From assembly GCF_018977255.1 (NCBI RefSeq), contig NW_024704743.1:61072001-61136000 (forward strand): a stretch of 64,000 bases of DNA, read 5' to 3'. Shown piece by piece: positions 27,870-39,448 of this stretch. The notes beneath the pieces are model-generated. The model saw only the letters and a program-made list of their open reading frames with translations, did not search any database and was not told where the DNA came from. Position numbers and translations under genes: made by a program. This DNA is from Callorhinchus milii (Eukaryota). Position 1 is the first letter of the stretch. Each line of letters opens with the position of its first letter.

Positions 27870-28180
27870 AGACCTGTCCCACCCGACCTCTGCGGGCTCC
27901 TCAAACCCTACCAGCCCAGCTGCTTCCTCTGCTCCCGGCCCCACCATCAGCTTTCAGCCTATCTACCCCTACTCTCTGGAGCTCCATCCTGGAGTTCCTT
28001 TGACTTGCCCCTTCCTTTGCCTCCTTCAAGGTGCACCTCAAGACCTTCCTCTTTGATGGTGCTTTGAGCCATCTCTCCCCCCTCCCCCGCCCCCCACACC
28101 CCCACATCAGCAAACTATTCAACACCTTGGAACGTCCTCCCAATTTGGAAGATGAGATATAAGTGTCAATTTCTATTGTA
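27870..28180 (+). mobile_element. L2 3' fragment
   Basis: ctctggagctcc...gcctccttcaag...ctcaagaccttcctctttg motif and tail. Confidence 0.7.
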
Positions 28181-29917
28181 TTGTCCTCCCAATGTGAAAC
28201 ACACCATACAAATGTAATTTTTTTGTTGTATTATGAGTCTCAACAATTAAATAGTCTCACAATTCAGACATCTTGAACACTTATTCATTATCTTGGGTTA
28301 AGTGGCAAAATTACTTGTGAAATTCTGCCACATAACAAAGGATCATCTTAACATACTGTATTGCTTAATGGGACTTTGTAATTAACAGGTCAACATTCAA
28401 TTAGTACAGCTAATATCACTGCAAACAAAACTTTCTAATTGCACCACTTTCCTCCTTAAAACCAAAGCACTCTTTCAAAGCCAAAGTATTCAACGCTATT
28501 AGCATTATATAACAGTTGTGTACAGAGAAAACAAAGTTTGCAATACAGTTCTTTATTTATTGAAAATAAAAACTAGGAAGTGTAGCAGGAAAGTTTAATA
28601 TTTGGCTGCAGTGTTGTTTTATGCCACCATGAAGAGAAGGATGCAGTTTCCCTGAGAGGATCATTAGTTTCCTGAGAAGAAGCTGCTGATGCAGAAAACA
28701 CAATGAAGTTTGTTTACTGCTGTTAATTATGTGTTCACCAGTTAAAATCTCAATTTATCCCCCAAATTCAGATTAGCTTAACCAACCATTGCCTCACCAA
28801 CCTCAGCCCCAACATTGGTAAGCCTGGCCATTAATCCACACCGCTAAACATGTAACCTTTAAAATATCTCATCCTCTTCTGGCTACCTGTCCAAAATATC
28901 AAGAATTTCTCTTCTTGCTAATTAAGTTGTACTATGCAACATTTTTTTCCCAAAACAAAAGTGATAGTGGGAGGGGGTGGGGGGGGTTGAAGAGGGCAAA
29001 ATGAGGGCAGTGCAGATAAATTGCTCTCAGCTGACGGATTATGCTATTCATGAACCAGCTTGCAGGTAATGTGTAGAAATTGCCACAGACCGACTTTGGG
29101 TTCTGACATTCTCTCCCTGTGGAGATGGTATTTGACCTTAATTCAACACTTCCCCGTGACTGCATAATCAGGCCTGGAACATTGCCACATTGGGGAGATA
29201 GGTACTTTGACTTTTTAGTTTTATTGTTAACGAAGCTCTTAAACTTCAAAGTTTGCACCGTTAAGGTAAACCAATATAGGGAAAGAAAAAATACAAACTA
29301 AAATGAAATTCCGTAACCATTCCCAATTTGAATCTAGGAATAAAAAGGCAATCAAATTCTGCTTCAAAAGTAAACTATCATTTCAGAATACAAGTAAGTG
29401 GCTTCTTTACTCTAACAGTCACTTGCAGTTTCTAATTCTGTTTTCTGATACAGAATGAGCATTTATTCGTCCTGTTACACTATGAAAATGAAGAATGACA
29501 AAGGCAAAACATACATTAACCAGAAATGATGGGCCTTGCTCATTGAATTCAAGCCTCTATGTCAGTTCCTTCCACAGACATCGTAAACACTCCGCGCTAA
29601 CCAGCACGAAAGGTGCAAGTTATTGTTGTTGCTGTTGTTAATTGTTGTTGTTACCCTTGATCACACACTCTACATCATTTATTTAAAGGCTTCAACGTTC
29701 CATCTAAATGAGGTAAAATTGTAAGAAAAGCAAGTATTTCAGCAAATATAATGTTGACTAAAGGCAGCCAAAACACACAGAATGAACTTCACATAAAGAC
29801 AGAATGATTAAGTCAAATGAGAGAAAAGGATTCTTTAGTAGCTTTCATCAATGAATCCACTAATAGTTTAAACTAAATCCTGAAAACTACCATAATCAAA
29901 ATACCAGGAATGTAGTA

Positions 29918-30599
29918 CAGTAAAACTCATGCAAGTCTGATTTTATAAATCGTATAATCGCCTAAATTGTACATTTGCCCAAATCCCATTGAATTTCCTA
30001 TTAAATCCACTTAAATTTATCTGCACTAGTCATAATAACAATTGCGCAATTCGTAACACCTCTATCGCACTTTATCACACTGGCCGCTGCTGCACTTGCT
30101 GCTACCGAACATACTGACTGACGGGTCAAAACTCTGTTTCCCTGCCTACCTCAAACAGAACATCACAAATTCCCACCCTGGCACTCTCCACGTAACATCA
30201 ACATCACCGTGCACAGCAACTGGGAGTGGGAGGGTGGGGGACGGCTGAAAGAGGAAAGAGCATCACCTGATTACGTGTTAGTTAAAGGAATCCACCTTTG
30301 TGTATTATGAATGGGAACTCTGCCCACTCATGTTATGATTGGAGCACAGCCCGATGGCTACAAGAATAGTGCTGAGAACTAAGCATCGGTGTGCACATGC
30401 ATGTTTGGGGTAAGCCCGGGGAATGAAATTTTGACCAGCCGGTAAGTGAGCAAGTGCGGTACAAGTTACACTGTTGATAATATGACTTTTGCATTTAAAT
30501 TTAAGTGGATTTAATAAGAAATTGTGTCAAAACTTGGGCAGATGTACGATTTAGGCAAATAGACGATTTGTACAGATCAGACTTATCCGAGGTTTACTG
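29918..30599. mobile_element. Non-autonomous Tc1/mariner-pogo (Tigger-like) DNA transposon (MITE), 682 bp
   Basis: ~120-bp imperfect TIRs beginning CAGTAAA; TA dinucleotide on both flanks (29916-17, 30600-01). Confidence 0.85.
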
Positions 30600-32489
30600 T
30601 AGGATACAAAATTGACCAATTAATTAGGTTTATATGGGAGCTAATTTAAATCCTGATACCAAACACAGCATTCCTATGCCATCCTATGCAAGGATTATTA
30701 TCTAGCTATGCCTCTAATAGTTTCTGTTCATTATCTTTTAAAGAAGCATCCTAATAGTGATGCATAATTTATGTTCCAGAAGTTGTATCTTTAAAGCTAT
30801 AAATTGTTTTTAAAGCCTGGTGTAGAATTTTGACACAACAGAGGGCGATGTCCTCTGCAACGGTTCAACTCGTCAGTTGCAAAATTTTGGCAGGATAAAT
30901 GAAAATCTGCTGTCTAAATCCAAAAGCTTAAAATGACACTTTCAAGTGCTGGTATCCCTTCATTTGAATAACACAAAATTATATGCATTTTATAAACATT
31001 ATGTTATTCCCACAATCTGCATAATTTCCCTAAAGTTTTTTTTAGATTAATTTGTGAAGTGTTGCCAAAAACAACTTCAATAAGAGCAGAGAGCTCATAA
31101 ATTTGACACTGTTGTTTGCTGGAGCACTGGGAGACATGAAGAAATTGGCAATAAACAAGTGACAAATTTCTCACGCTCAAATATAGTTTGTAGCAATACA
31201 ACAACAACGACTTGCAATTAAAAAGCACCCTTCACACAAGTAGCATCTCAGAGCCCAGCACAGGTTGATCAAGTGAATGACAGTTAACTCTGCATCAGAA
31301 CGTCTCTTCACCAGTTCTACAGGGAAGAAACTAGTCTCTGGCATCATTGTGGCTCAACCTAGAGCAATACTTTTGAATTTGTTCCAGTCACAATCCTGTA
31401 GAGGAATGGCTTCTGGTCATGCCTCTACAACATTGTACACAACTCCTGCTCAATTACTTGCACTCTTGCCCCTGGTTAGAAGGTTTAGGACTTTTGAGTC
31501 TAGCTTCACACTGTAGGCTGACACTCTGGTTCAGTCTTGAGGGAACACAACATTGTTGGAGATGCAATCCATCAAACCAACGCCGATCCACTTGATCAGA
31601 TGAATATCAAAGAACGCATCACACTAGTTAAAAAGTGAATAGTATTGAGCAGCGTTTTGCCAACAATCATCTGGTTAAATTTATCATTCACTTCATTCAT
31701 GGCTGTTTGTGGGACCGTTCTGCATGCAAATGTTGTCACATTTGCCTAGATAAATAAAAGTCATTACTACAATTGACAGAAAGTATCTGTGAACCACTAA
31801 AATGCTTCGACATTAAAGGCCTTATATCAAACTAGCTGTACCCATTGCAACTACACTTGCAACCAAAGGATCCAATATGGAATGCAGATTGACACACAAC
31901 AGACACACTTACTCATCATTTAAAAGTTTGATTTTCACTTAGGCATCTTCATAATGATAAATATAAATGTATAATTTATAATCAATGGGACGTCCTCCTG
32001 TCGTGAAAGGCGCTTTAAAAATGTAATTTTGTTGTTGTTGCCGCGGCTTAGCTTTGTCTGTGTTCTTTATTTTCTTCCCGCCGCCACTTGGCTACATGCG
32101 ATGCTACAGCGCCACCATCTGAGCCTGCTGACCGTGGCAAATCACAACAGATTTGCTTGTGAATGGGTAAGATTGTCCACAATTCTCAACAGAGGCTTGT
32201 TTTGGTTTTCTCAGAACCGACAAGACTATTTTAAAGTATAATATTGGTCAATATTTTGTATAGTACCTTGATTCCTCCTTCCACTTCACAGTAACCAAAA
32301 TGTATCTTTGGAGTTATTTGAATATAATTATAGGGGATCGCAATTCCCCGGCTTTATTTTTTTCTGAATTCACTATAAAACAATCTGGTGAAATGAATTA
32401 TAAGAAAATTCAGAATTTTGTTTTAGTTAAAAAAAAGTTCCCAATAAGGCAGGTGTAAATAAGTCACAATATTTTGCAAGGAACGTCAT

Positions 32490-33357
32490 CATCAATCTCA
32501 GTGGGACCGTACTCACTTGGTTCGAGTCCTACCTTACAAACCACCAGCACTATATTTCCGCAAATGACTTTTCTTCTTACCCCTTACCCCAAGGCCCCCT
32601 TTTCTTCCTCACAAATGCTCCATCTCAGTGATGTCATCCGCAGACACAGGGTTAACATCCACATGTATGCAGATGACACTCAACTCTACTTCTCCCCCTC
32701 CAACTGTGATCCCCAGTCCTATGATGTTCTGTCAGCTTGTCTGACAGACATCAAGACCAGGATGAGTGCAAACGTCTTGCAGTTAAATGTCAACAAGACG
32801 GAAGCCATACTCTTTGGCTCCCGTCCACGTCTTCTGTCCTGCGGTTCAGACCTTCTCAATCTACCCGATCTGTCTTTAAAACTTTCTTAACCCATGCGCA
32901 ACTTAGGTGTCAGGTTTGATTTCTCCCCCACATCCGGTCCCTGACCATGATCGCTCCCCTCCACCTCCGCCACATTGCCCGCCTCCGACAATACCTCACT
33001 CCACAAGCTGCCGAAACCCTTATCCTTGCCTTCGTCACCTCTCAGCTGGACTGCTCAAACGCCCTCCTCGCCGGTCTCCCCTCCTCCACTATTCACAAGA
33101 TTCAATTCGTTCAAAACTCCAATGCCTGCATTCTCACCCGCAGTAAACTGCGGACTTGATTACTCCAGTCCTTGCCAAACTCCATCGACTTCAAGATCTT
33201 CACTCTAGTGTTTAAATCCCCCATGCCTTGGCATCCCCCTAGCATGCCTATGATCACCTTCCCCCTTCCCTTGGCTCAGCATTGGACTCCACCATTGTTA
33301 AGCGCTCTGGGACGCCGCCCGGCGTGGAAGGCGCTATAGAAATGCAAGTTGTTGTTG
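32490..33357 (+). mobile_element. L2 LINE fragment with RT core and internal deletions
   Basis: HMYADDTQLY, LQLNVNKTEAILFG, AFVTSQLDCSNALL motifs; (TTG)n tail. Confidence 0.9.
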
Positions 33358-33764
33358 TATGGTTCGGTTTATAGATTCTTAGAAGCTACAATCCAGTGCC
33401 CATCTTAGATCCTATCTCAAGTACCATATAACACACTTTTTGCCATTTCCTTCAATTTACGTTTCCTTATTCCACACACACGCTTCTGTTTACCTAGCAG
33501 TAGGTAGAAACCTGATTGTTAGTCGATTTGCAGATCGCTTTCCGTGAGTAATAATCCCTTCAAAAAATAATAATGCGATCACTCAATCCATGACTGTTTT
33601 TGGGAGACTGCTGTGAGTAATTGGCTACCGCGTTTCGCCCATAAAATACAGTCACTCCATTTTACAGTGTACTCTGTGAAGCGCTTTGAGACGTCTCAAC
33701 AATGTGATAAGGATTATTATTATATTATTGCCTCAACCTTGTGACATGGCTGCTACAACAACAA

Positions 33765-33990
33765 CTGTGGCAGAAAATTTCACACTTCCACCACTCTGTG
33801 TTAAAAAGTTCCTCCTAATATCTGTTCCTGACCATCCAGTTATGATTTTAAAAATATGCTCTCTAGTTCTAGAGCCCCTGACCACTGGAAATAATCTTTC
33901 CCTGTTCACCCTATTAAAGCCTCCCATCCTCTTATATACCTTTATCCTGTCCTCCATCAGCCTTCTGAGCTCCCAAATAAATGTTTCTTC
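33765..33990 (-). mobile_element. CR1 fragment
   Basis: ORF 33733-33957 resembles the CR1 ORF2 C-terminus (LFPVV..SRTREH.FKI). Confidence 0.75.
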
Positions 33991-34555
33991 ATTGAATATT
34001 TATTGGTGTAGGGTATAAATCTATGCTATTTTATTATTTCTATGATTATTTTGTCATAGAATGCTTTACATCAATTTAACAGAGGATTGACTGCATAAAG
34101 ACTTGCAGGAAGGAAACTGTATCTTAGAATGGCCATCACAAAGCATATCACACATGCATCAAACACATAACATGATACGGAACATAGTTTCCAAATACCG
34201 TGGAGCCTCTTTATAACCTGGTGCTTAGGATCCATAAAATCCCAAACTGCATTATAGCAAGGGGCGATAGTGACTTGACTACATATGTGTAACCAGCGGG
34301 AGTGCACCTGCAGAAGTAGAATACAACATCGATAGCAACCTAATGAATAATGGGTCCAGTAGGGAGGTTGAGCACACATGCAATGAACGGGATCTACAGT
34401 ACAACCCCGTTTGGGAACAAAATACAACCACATTATAAGGCAATTCACGTTATAGTTTTTGAACGTCGTCCAGATGTGAAACGTGCTATACAGGGGTAAA
34501 TTGTACTATATTATTATATAGCAGGGCTGCACCATACAAAATATTTAAACAGTAC

Positions 34556-34627
34556 CTTGCTGGGAATCCGAAAATTCTCAAGTGGAGATTTAATCTCTGG
34601 CACACTTTCCTGGGGGCTTTTCAGGCC
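34556..34627 (-). CDS. VPS50: VPS50 coding exon 2 (GLKSPQESVPEIKSPLENFRIPSK)
   Basis: 72 nt, AG/GT bounded, phase 0/0; GLKSPQES motif. Confidence 0.93.
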
Positions 34628-35349
34628 CTGCAATTAAAAAGTTTTAAAAATACAGTATTTATCACAGTATAGAATAACTTAGGAATTTATGCACAATAAT
34701 TTTAACCTCCATTCATTAAGCAGTACAAAAACTAAATATTAATCTGTACCAATTTAGAGATGAATTGTGCATTAACAACAACAACAAAATTACATTTGCA
34801 TAACGCCTTTCACGTCGGGAGGATGTCTTCATATCGCAAAAAGCATGGAACTGGGTTAAGACTGATATTCTGCAAAGAGAATGTATCTAGTCGTGAGACA
34901 TTACAGAAATATTTTTGCATAAGTCAATCTTCACTTTGTTGCATAAGAACATAAGAACATAAGAATTAGGAGCAGGAGTAGGCCATTCGGCCCCTCGAGC
35001 TGCCCCACCATTTGATAAGATCATGGCTGATCTTCTGACCTAACTCTAATTACCTGCCCTATCCCCATATCTCCTAATTCCTCTATAGTTTTAATTTTAC
35101 AATGAGTCAACTGGTTTACTACACTTTGCTGACTAGATACCTGAATGACACAGTTCAGTGGCACCCTTGCAATGGGAATTTGGTTTGCAGTGTTAAAGCC
35201 ATGTCTGACTTCCAAGTTTCAGTAATAAAGTAGACTAACAAGCTCGACAATTAAAAGTGTGTTATGCGCACTCACACGCACTCTAAGGACTATCTGGGGT
35301 GGGTTGAGTGGTGTCTCCTTGATAAAGAAATGTTGGAATCAAGTCAATC

Positions 35350-36225
35350 TTCTTGTTTTGGGTCAGCTAAGTGCTTGACACATTACAATGCGTAAAATAG
35401 TACTCAAACAGTTCCATGTATGTATGTCACTTACCCATGGAAATAACCCTGTATCTGGAAGGGAATGCGCACTCTCTCTTTGGAGAGATACATTCTGCTT
35501 ATATAATTCCGGAGACGGTTGGCGAGACCAGGCCTGGGGATGCCACCGTGTGCTTTGGGGTGCAGTTCAAATATAGTAGCTTGCTATCCAGAGCACTATC
35601 TGGCAGGCTTCCCATTGCTTGACCAGCTATCTTTGGCTTGTACCTCCCTTTAATTAATAGGAGCTGAGTGGGAAGAATGCCTGCTCCCACTAACTGGCCT
35701 GTCCTTCCAAGAACTGCCAATGAGCCAGGCTGGCTCGACTGTCAGCAGCAGTGCTATGAAGTACAGCAGACCCACCTGGCTCAGGAACCAGACTACAGAG
35801 ATCCCCACAGAGGGTTAACTCCATTTTATTATTATTACGAGTTTCCGTTACCAAGCATGTCATCTTGGGGTCAGCTAGCTCCAATGGGACCCCACTTATC
35901 TCTCCTGGGTAGTTCAAACCTCTGTGCAAGCCAAAACCCTATTGGTTAGGGTTGTGCTTTCTGGACAAGCAGCAGGAAGATTGTTGGATAGTGATCTCAA
36001 TGGCAAACTGGTTTAACTCCAGGCGTTATGTGAATATAATTATATACACACTCTGGAATCCCTAAACCAACTTGTACCTAATACTCTGTGTATCTCCCTC
36101 CAGGGAGGGTGTGCATTCAACTCCAGGCACAGGGAGATTCCCATCTGTGGATTGCACACATATGTGAAACTCAGTCTGATTTGGATACTCTTAAGCATGG
36201 TGATGGGTTTCCGTATGGGGTACAC
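35350..36225. mobile_element. Old ~850-bp element with long diverged terminal inverted repeats; multi-copy family
   Basis: 35430-35495 is the reverse complement of 36088-36150; homologous pieces at ~21610-22300, 39590-39700, 55838-55885, 40520-40760, 12360-12500 and 63245-63500. Confidence 0.65.
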
Positions 36226-36478
36226 TCTGTGTGTGTCTCGCTCTCTCTCACGCACTGTCTGTCTCTCACACACTCTGTCCGTCTCTCTCTCTCTCACTCT
36301 CTCACATGGTGTCTGTTTCTCTTCCCTTCTCACACCCTGACTCAGTCTTTCTCTCTCTGTCACATTCTTTCTCTCAGTCTCACTCTATCACACTTTTTCA
36401 GCCTGTGTATGTGTGGTGTGTCTCTCTCTCTCTCTCTCTCAGTTTCTCACTCTATCTGTATCACTCTATCTCTATCGT
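36225..36478. repeat. Degenerate CT/CA-rich low-complexity tract
   Basis: Direct reading; similar composition to the main array. Confidence 0.75.
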
Positions 36479-36799
36479 GGAGTCCTGTAGCTCAGTGGTT
36501 AGAGCACTCACTTTGCAAGCGAGAGACCTGAGTTCAATTCCAGGCAGAGGGCGAAACCTTGGGCAAGTTTCCTTACTCCACACAGAGCCTAATAATAATC
36601 CCTCCAAAGCCAAAAACAATAATAAATTGGTCATTTTCAATCTACGACTGTTTGTGGGACACTGCTGTGCGCAATTGGCTGTCGCGTTCGCCCACAAATA
36701 TACAGTCAATTCACTTTACAGTGTTCTGTGAAGCGCTTTGGAACGTCCTCCCGACGTGAAAAGCGCTATATCAAATGCAAGGATTATTATTATTATTAT
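36479..36799 (+). mobile_element. Young ~320-bp tRNA-derived SINE (TGC anticodon-like head, partial Deu domain, L2-type tail, (TTA)n)
   Basis: A box TAGCTCAGTGG, B box AGTTCAATTCC; multi-copy. Confidence 0.92.
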
Positions 36800-36834
36800 C
36801 ACATTCTCACTCTCTATCCGGCACTGTCTATTAG

Positions 36835-37362
36835 ACGTCAGGTTCAATCCCGTTATCCTTCCTCCACACATCCGGTCCCTGACCAGCACCGCTTTCTTCC
36901 GTCTCCGCCACATTGCCCGCCTCTGACAATACCTCACCCCAAAAGCTGCCGAAACCCTTGTCCATGCCTTACTCACCTCTCAGCGGGACTCCTCTAACGC
37001 CCTCCTCACCGGTCTCCCCTCTTCCACTATTCACAAAATCCAACTTTCAAAACTTCGCCGCCCGCATTCTCACCCACATCAAACTTCATACCCCGATTAC
37101 CCCAGTCCTTGCCAAGCTCCACTGGCTCCGGCACAGAGCGGATTGACTTCAAGATCCTCACTCTAGTGTTTAAATCCCTCCATTCCTTGGCAGCCCCCTA
37201 TCTCTCCAACCTCCTCGCTCCCCTTCAGGTCACACCTGAAGATTTTCCTTTTCGACCGCATCTACGGTCACCTCCCCCCCCTACCCTGGCTCGGCCTTAG
37301 GCTCTGAGACTCCGCCCGGCGTGGAGGGCACTATATAAATGCAAGTTGTTGTTGTTGTTGTT
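36835..37362 (+). mobile_element. L2 3' fragment
   Basis: AFFRLRHIARL, PITPVLAKLHWL, IDFKIL motifs; (TTG)n tail. Confidence 0.88.
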
Positions 37363-37370
37363 ATACAGCT

Positions 37371-38238
37371 CAGTCTCTCAATCTCTATCACACTCTCTCG
37401 GTCTGTCTCTCTCTCGTGCCCTCTCTCTGTCACTCCCTCCCTCTCTCTCTCTGTCACTCCCTCCCTCTCTGTCACTCTCTCCCTCTCTCTGTCACTCCCT
37501 CCCTCTCTCTGTCACTCTCTCCCTCTCTCTCTGTCACTCCCTCCCTCTCTCTGTCACTCCCTCTCCCTCTCTCTGTCACTCCCTCCCTCCCCCCCTCTCT
37601 CTGTCACTCCCTCTCTCTGTCACTCCCTCTCTCTGTCACTCCCTCTCTCTCTCTCTCTGTCACTCCCTACCTCTCTCTGTCACTCTCTCCCTATCTGTCA
37701 CTCTCTCTCTCTCTGTGTCACTCCCTCCCTCTCTCTCTGTCACTCACTCTCTCTCTCTCTCTCCCTCTGTCACTCCCTCTCTCTCTCTCACTCCCTCCCT
37801 CTCTCTCTGTCACTCCCTCTCCCTCTCTCTGTCACTCCCTCACTCTATCTCTCTGTCACTCCCTCCCTCCCCCCCTCTCTCTGTCACTCCCTCTATCTCT
37901 CTGTCACTCCCTCTCTCTGTGACTCCCTCTCTCTCTCTCTCTGTCACTCCCTCCCTCTCTCTGTCACTCCCTCTCTCTGTCACTCTCTCCCTCTCTGTCA
38001 CTCTCTCTCTCTGTGTCACTCCCTCCCTCTCTCTCTGTCACTCCCTCCCCCTCTCTCTCTGTCACTCACTCTCTCTCTCCCTCTGTCACTCCCTCTCTCT
38101 CTGTCACTTACTCTCTCTCTCCCTCTGTCACTCTCTCTCTCTCTCTCTCTCACTCCCCTCCTCTCTCTCTCTCTCTCACTCCCCCTCTCTCTCTCTCTCT
38201 CTCTCCCTCCCCCTCTCTCTCCCTCCCTCTCTCTGTCA

Positions 38239-38273
<35 letters not shown>

Positions 38274-38832
38274 ACTCTCTCTCTCTCTCTCTCTGTCACT
38301 CCCCTCTCCCTCTCTCTCTCTCACCCCCCCCCCCCCTCTCTCTCTGTCACTCTCTCTCTCTCTGTCACTCCCTCTCTCTCTCTCTCTCACTCCCCTCCTC
38401 TCTCTCTCCCTCTCTCACTCCCCCTCTCTCTCTCTCTCTCTGTCACTCCCCCTCTCTCTCTCACTCCCCCTCTCTCTCTCACTCCCCCTCTCTCTCTCAC
38501 TCCCCTCCTCTCTCTCCCTCTCTCACTCCCCCTCTCTCTCTCTCTCTGTCACTCCCCCTCTCTCTCTCACTCCCCCTCTCTCTCTCTCTGTCACCTCCCT
38601 CTCTCTCTCACACCCCCTCTCTCTCTCTCTCTCTGTCACTCCCCTCTCTCTCTCCCTCCCCCTCTCTGTCACTCCCTCCCTCCCTCCCCCCCCTCTCTCT
38701 CTCTCACTCCCCCCTCTCTCTCTCTCTCTCTCTCTCACTCCCCCTCTCTCTCTCACTCCCCCTCTCTCTCTCTCTCTCTCTCTCCCTCCCCCTCTCTGTC
38801 ACTCCCTCCCTCCCTCCCCCGCCCCTCTCTCT
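37371..38832. repeat. ~1.46-kb CT-rich simple/minisatellite array (units like CTCTCTCTGTCACTCC)
   Basis: Direct reading; source of the spurious SL- and ER-rich ORFs. Confidence 0.97.
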
Positions 38833-38935
38833 GGATGCTCTTCTCGCGGCAGAGCCCCCAGTCCTGGCGGCTGAAGCACAGACAGAAGGACAGCAGCGGT
38901 AGCGGTGGTGAGATCACCGAGCAGTGATGACCTAC

Positions 38936-38968
38936 CTGACGGCCCATCAGAGACTTGATCTTCTGCAT
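38936..38968 (-). CDS. VPS50: VPS50 coding exon 1 (MQKIKSLMGRQ)
   Basis: Matches the vertebrate VPS50 N-terminus (human MQKIKSLMTRQ, recalled); 33 nt then donor CAG|GTAGGT; lies in a CpG-rich patch. Confidence 0.95.
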
Positions 38969-39120
38969 CCCGCTGCCTGGTTACCGGCCGCTGCGGCGCT
39001 CCCCAGCCGCCGCCATCTTGCCGGCGGGTCAGGTGATCGGGATCGCGATGCCTGTCGGGATCTGTAGTCGGGGCCACGCCCCCCCCTGAACTACACCCCC
39101 CAGAGTGCACCGGGGCTCCA
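38969..39120 (-). promoter_or_regulatory. VPS50 CpG-rich promoter/5'UTR: YY1-like CAAGATGGCGGC, ATCGCGAT palindrome, two opposed ACTACA (ZNF143/THAP11-type) motifs, SP/KLF GC box
   Basis: The clearest CpG-dense non-repeat patch in the window; directly upstream of the VPS50 ATG; motifs read by eye. Confidence 0.75.
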
Positions 39121-39127
39121 TGGCCAT

Positions 39128-39448
39128 TATAATAATAATAATCCTTGCATTTGATATAGCGCTTTTCACGTCGGGAGGACGTCCCAAAGCGCTTCACAGA
39201 ACACACTGTAAAGTGAATTGACTGCATATTTGTGGGCGAACGCGGCAGCCAATTGCGCACAGCAATGTCCCACAAACAGTCGTAGATTGAAAATGACCAA
39301 TTTATTATTGTTTTTGGTTTTGGAGGGATTATTATTAGGCTCTGTGTGGAGTAAGGAAACTTGCCCAAGGTTTCGCCCTCTGCCTGGAATTGAACTCAGG
39401 TCTCTCGCTTGCAAAGCGAGTGCTCTAACCACTGAGCCACAGGACTCC
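39128..39448 (-). mobile_element. Young tRNA-derived SINE, near-identical inverted partner of 36479-36799
   Basis: About 8 differences seen versus 36479-36799. Confidence 0.92.

Noticed and set aside
36479..36550. tRNA-Ala(TGC)-like gene, also at 39380-39448, 39914-39985 and 60180-60254
   Set aside because: No proper acceptor stem; each continues into a SINE body and tail, so these are SINE heads
37339..38927. Long ORFs of 511, 518 and 304 aa (SL-rich) and antisense ER-rich ORFs
   Set aside because: Translations of the CT satellite, which lacks stop codons; no domain content
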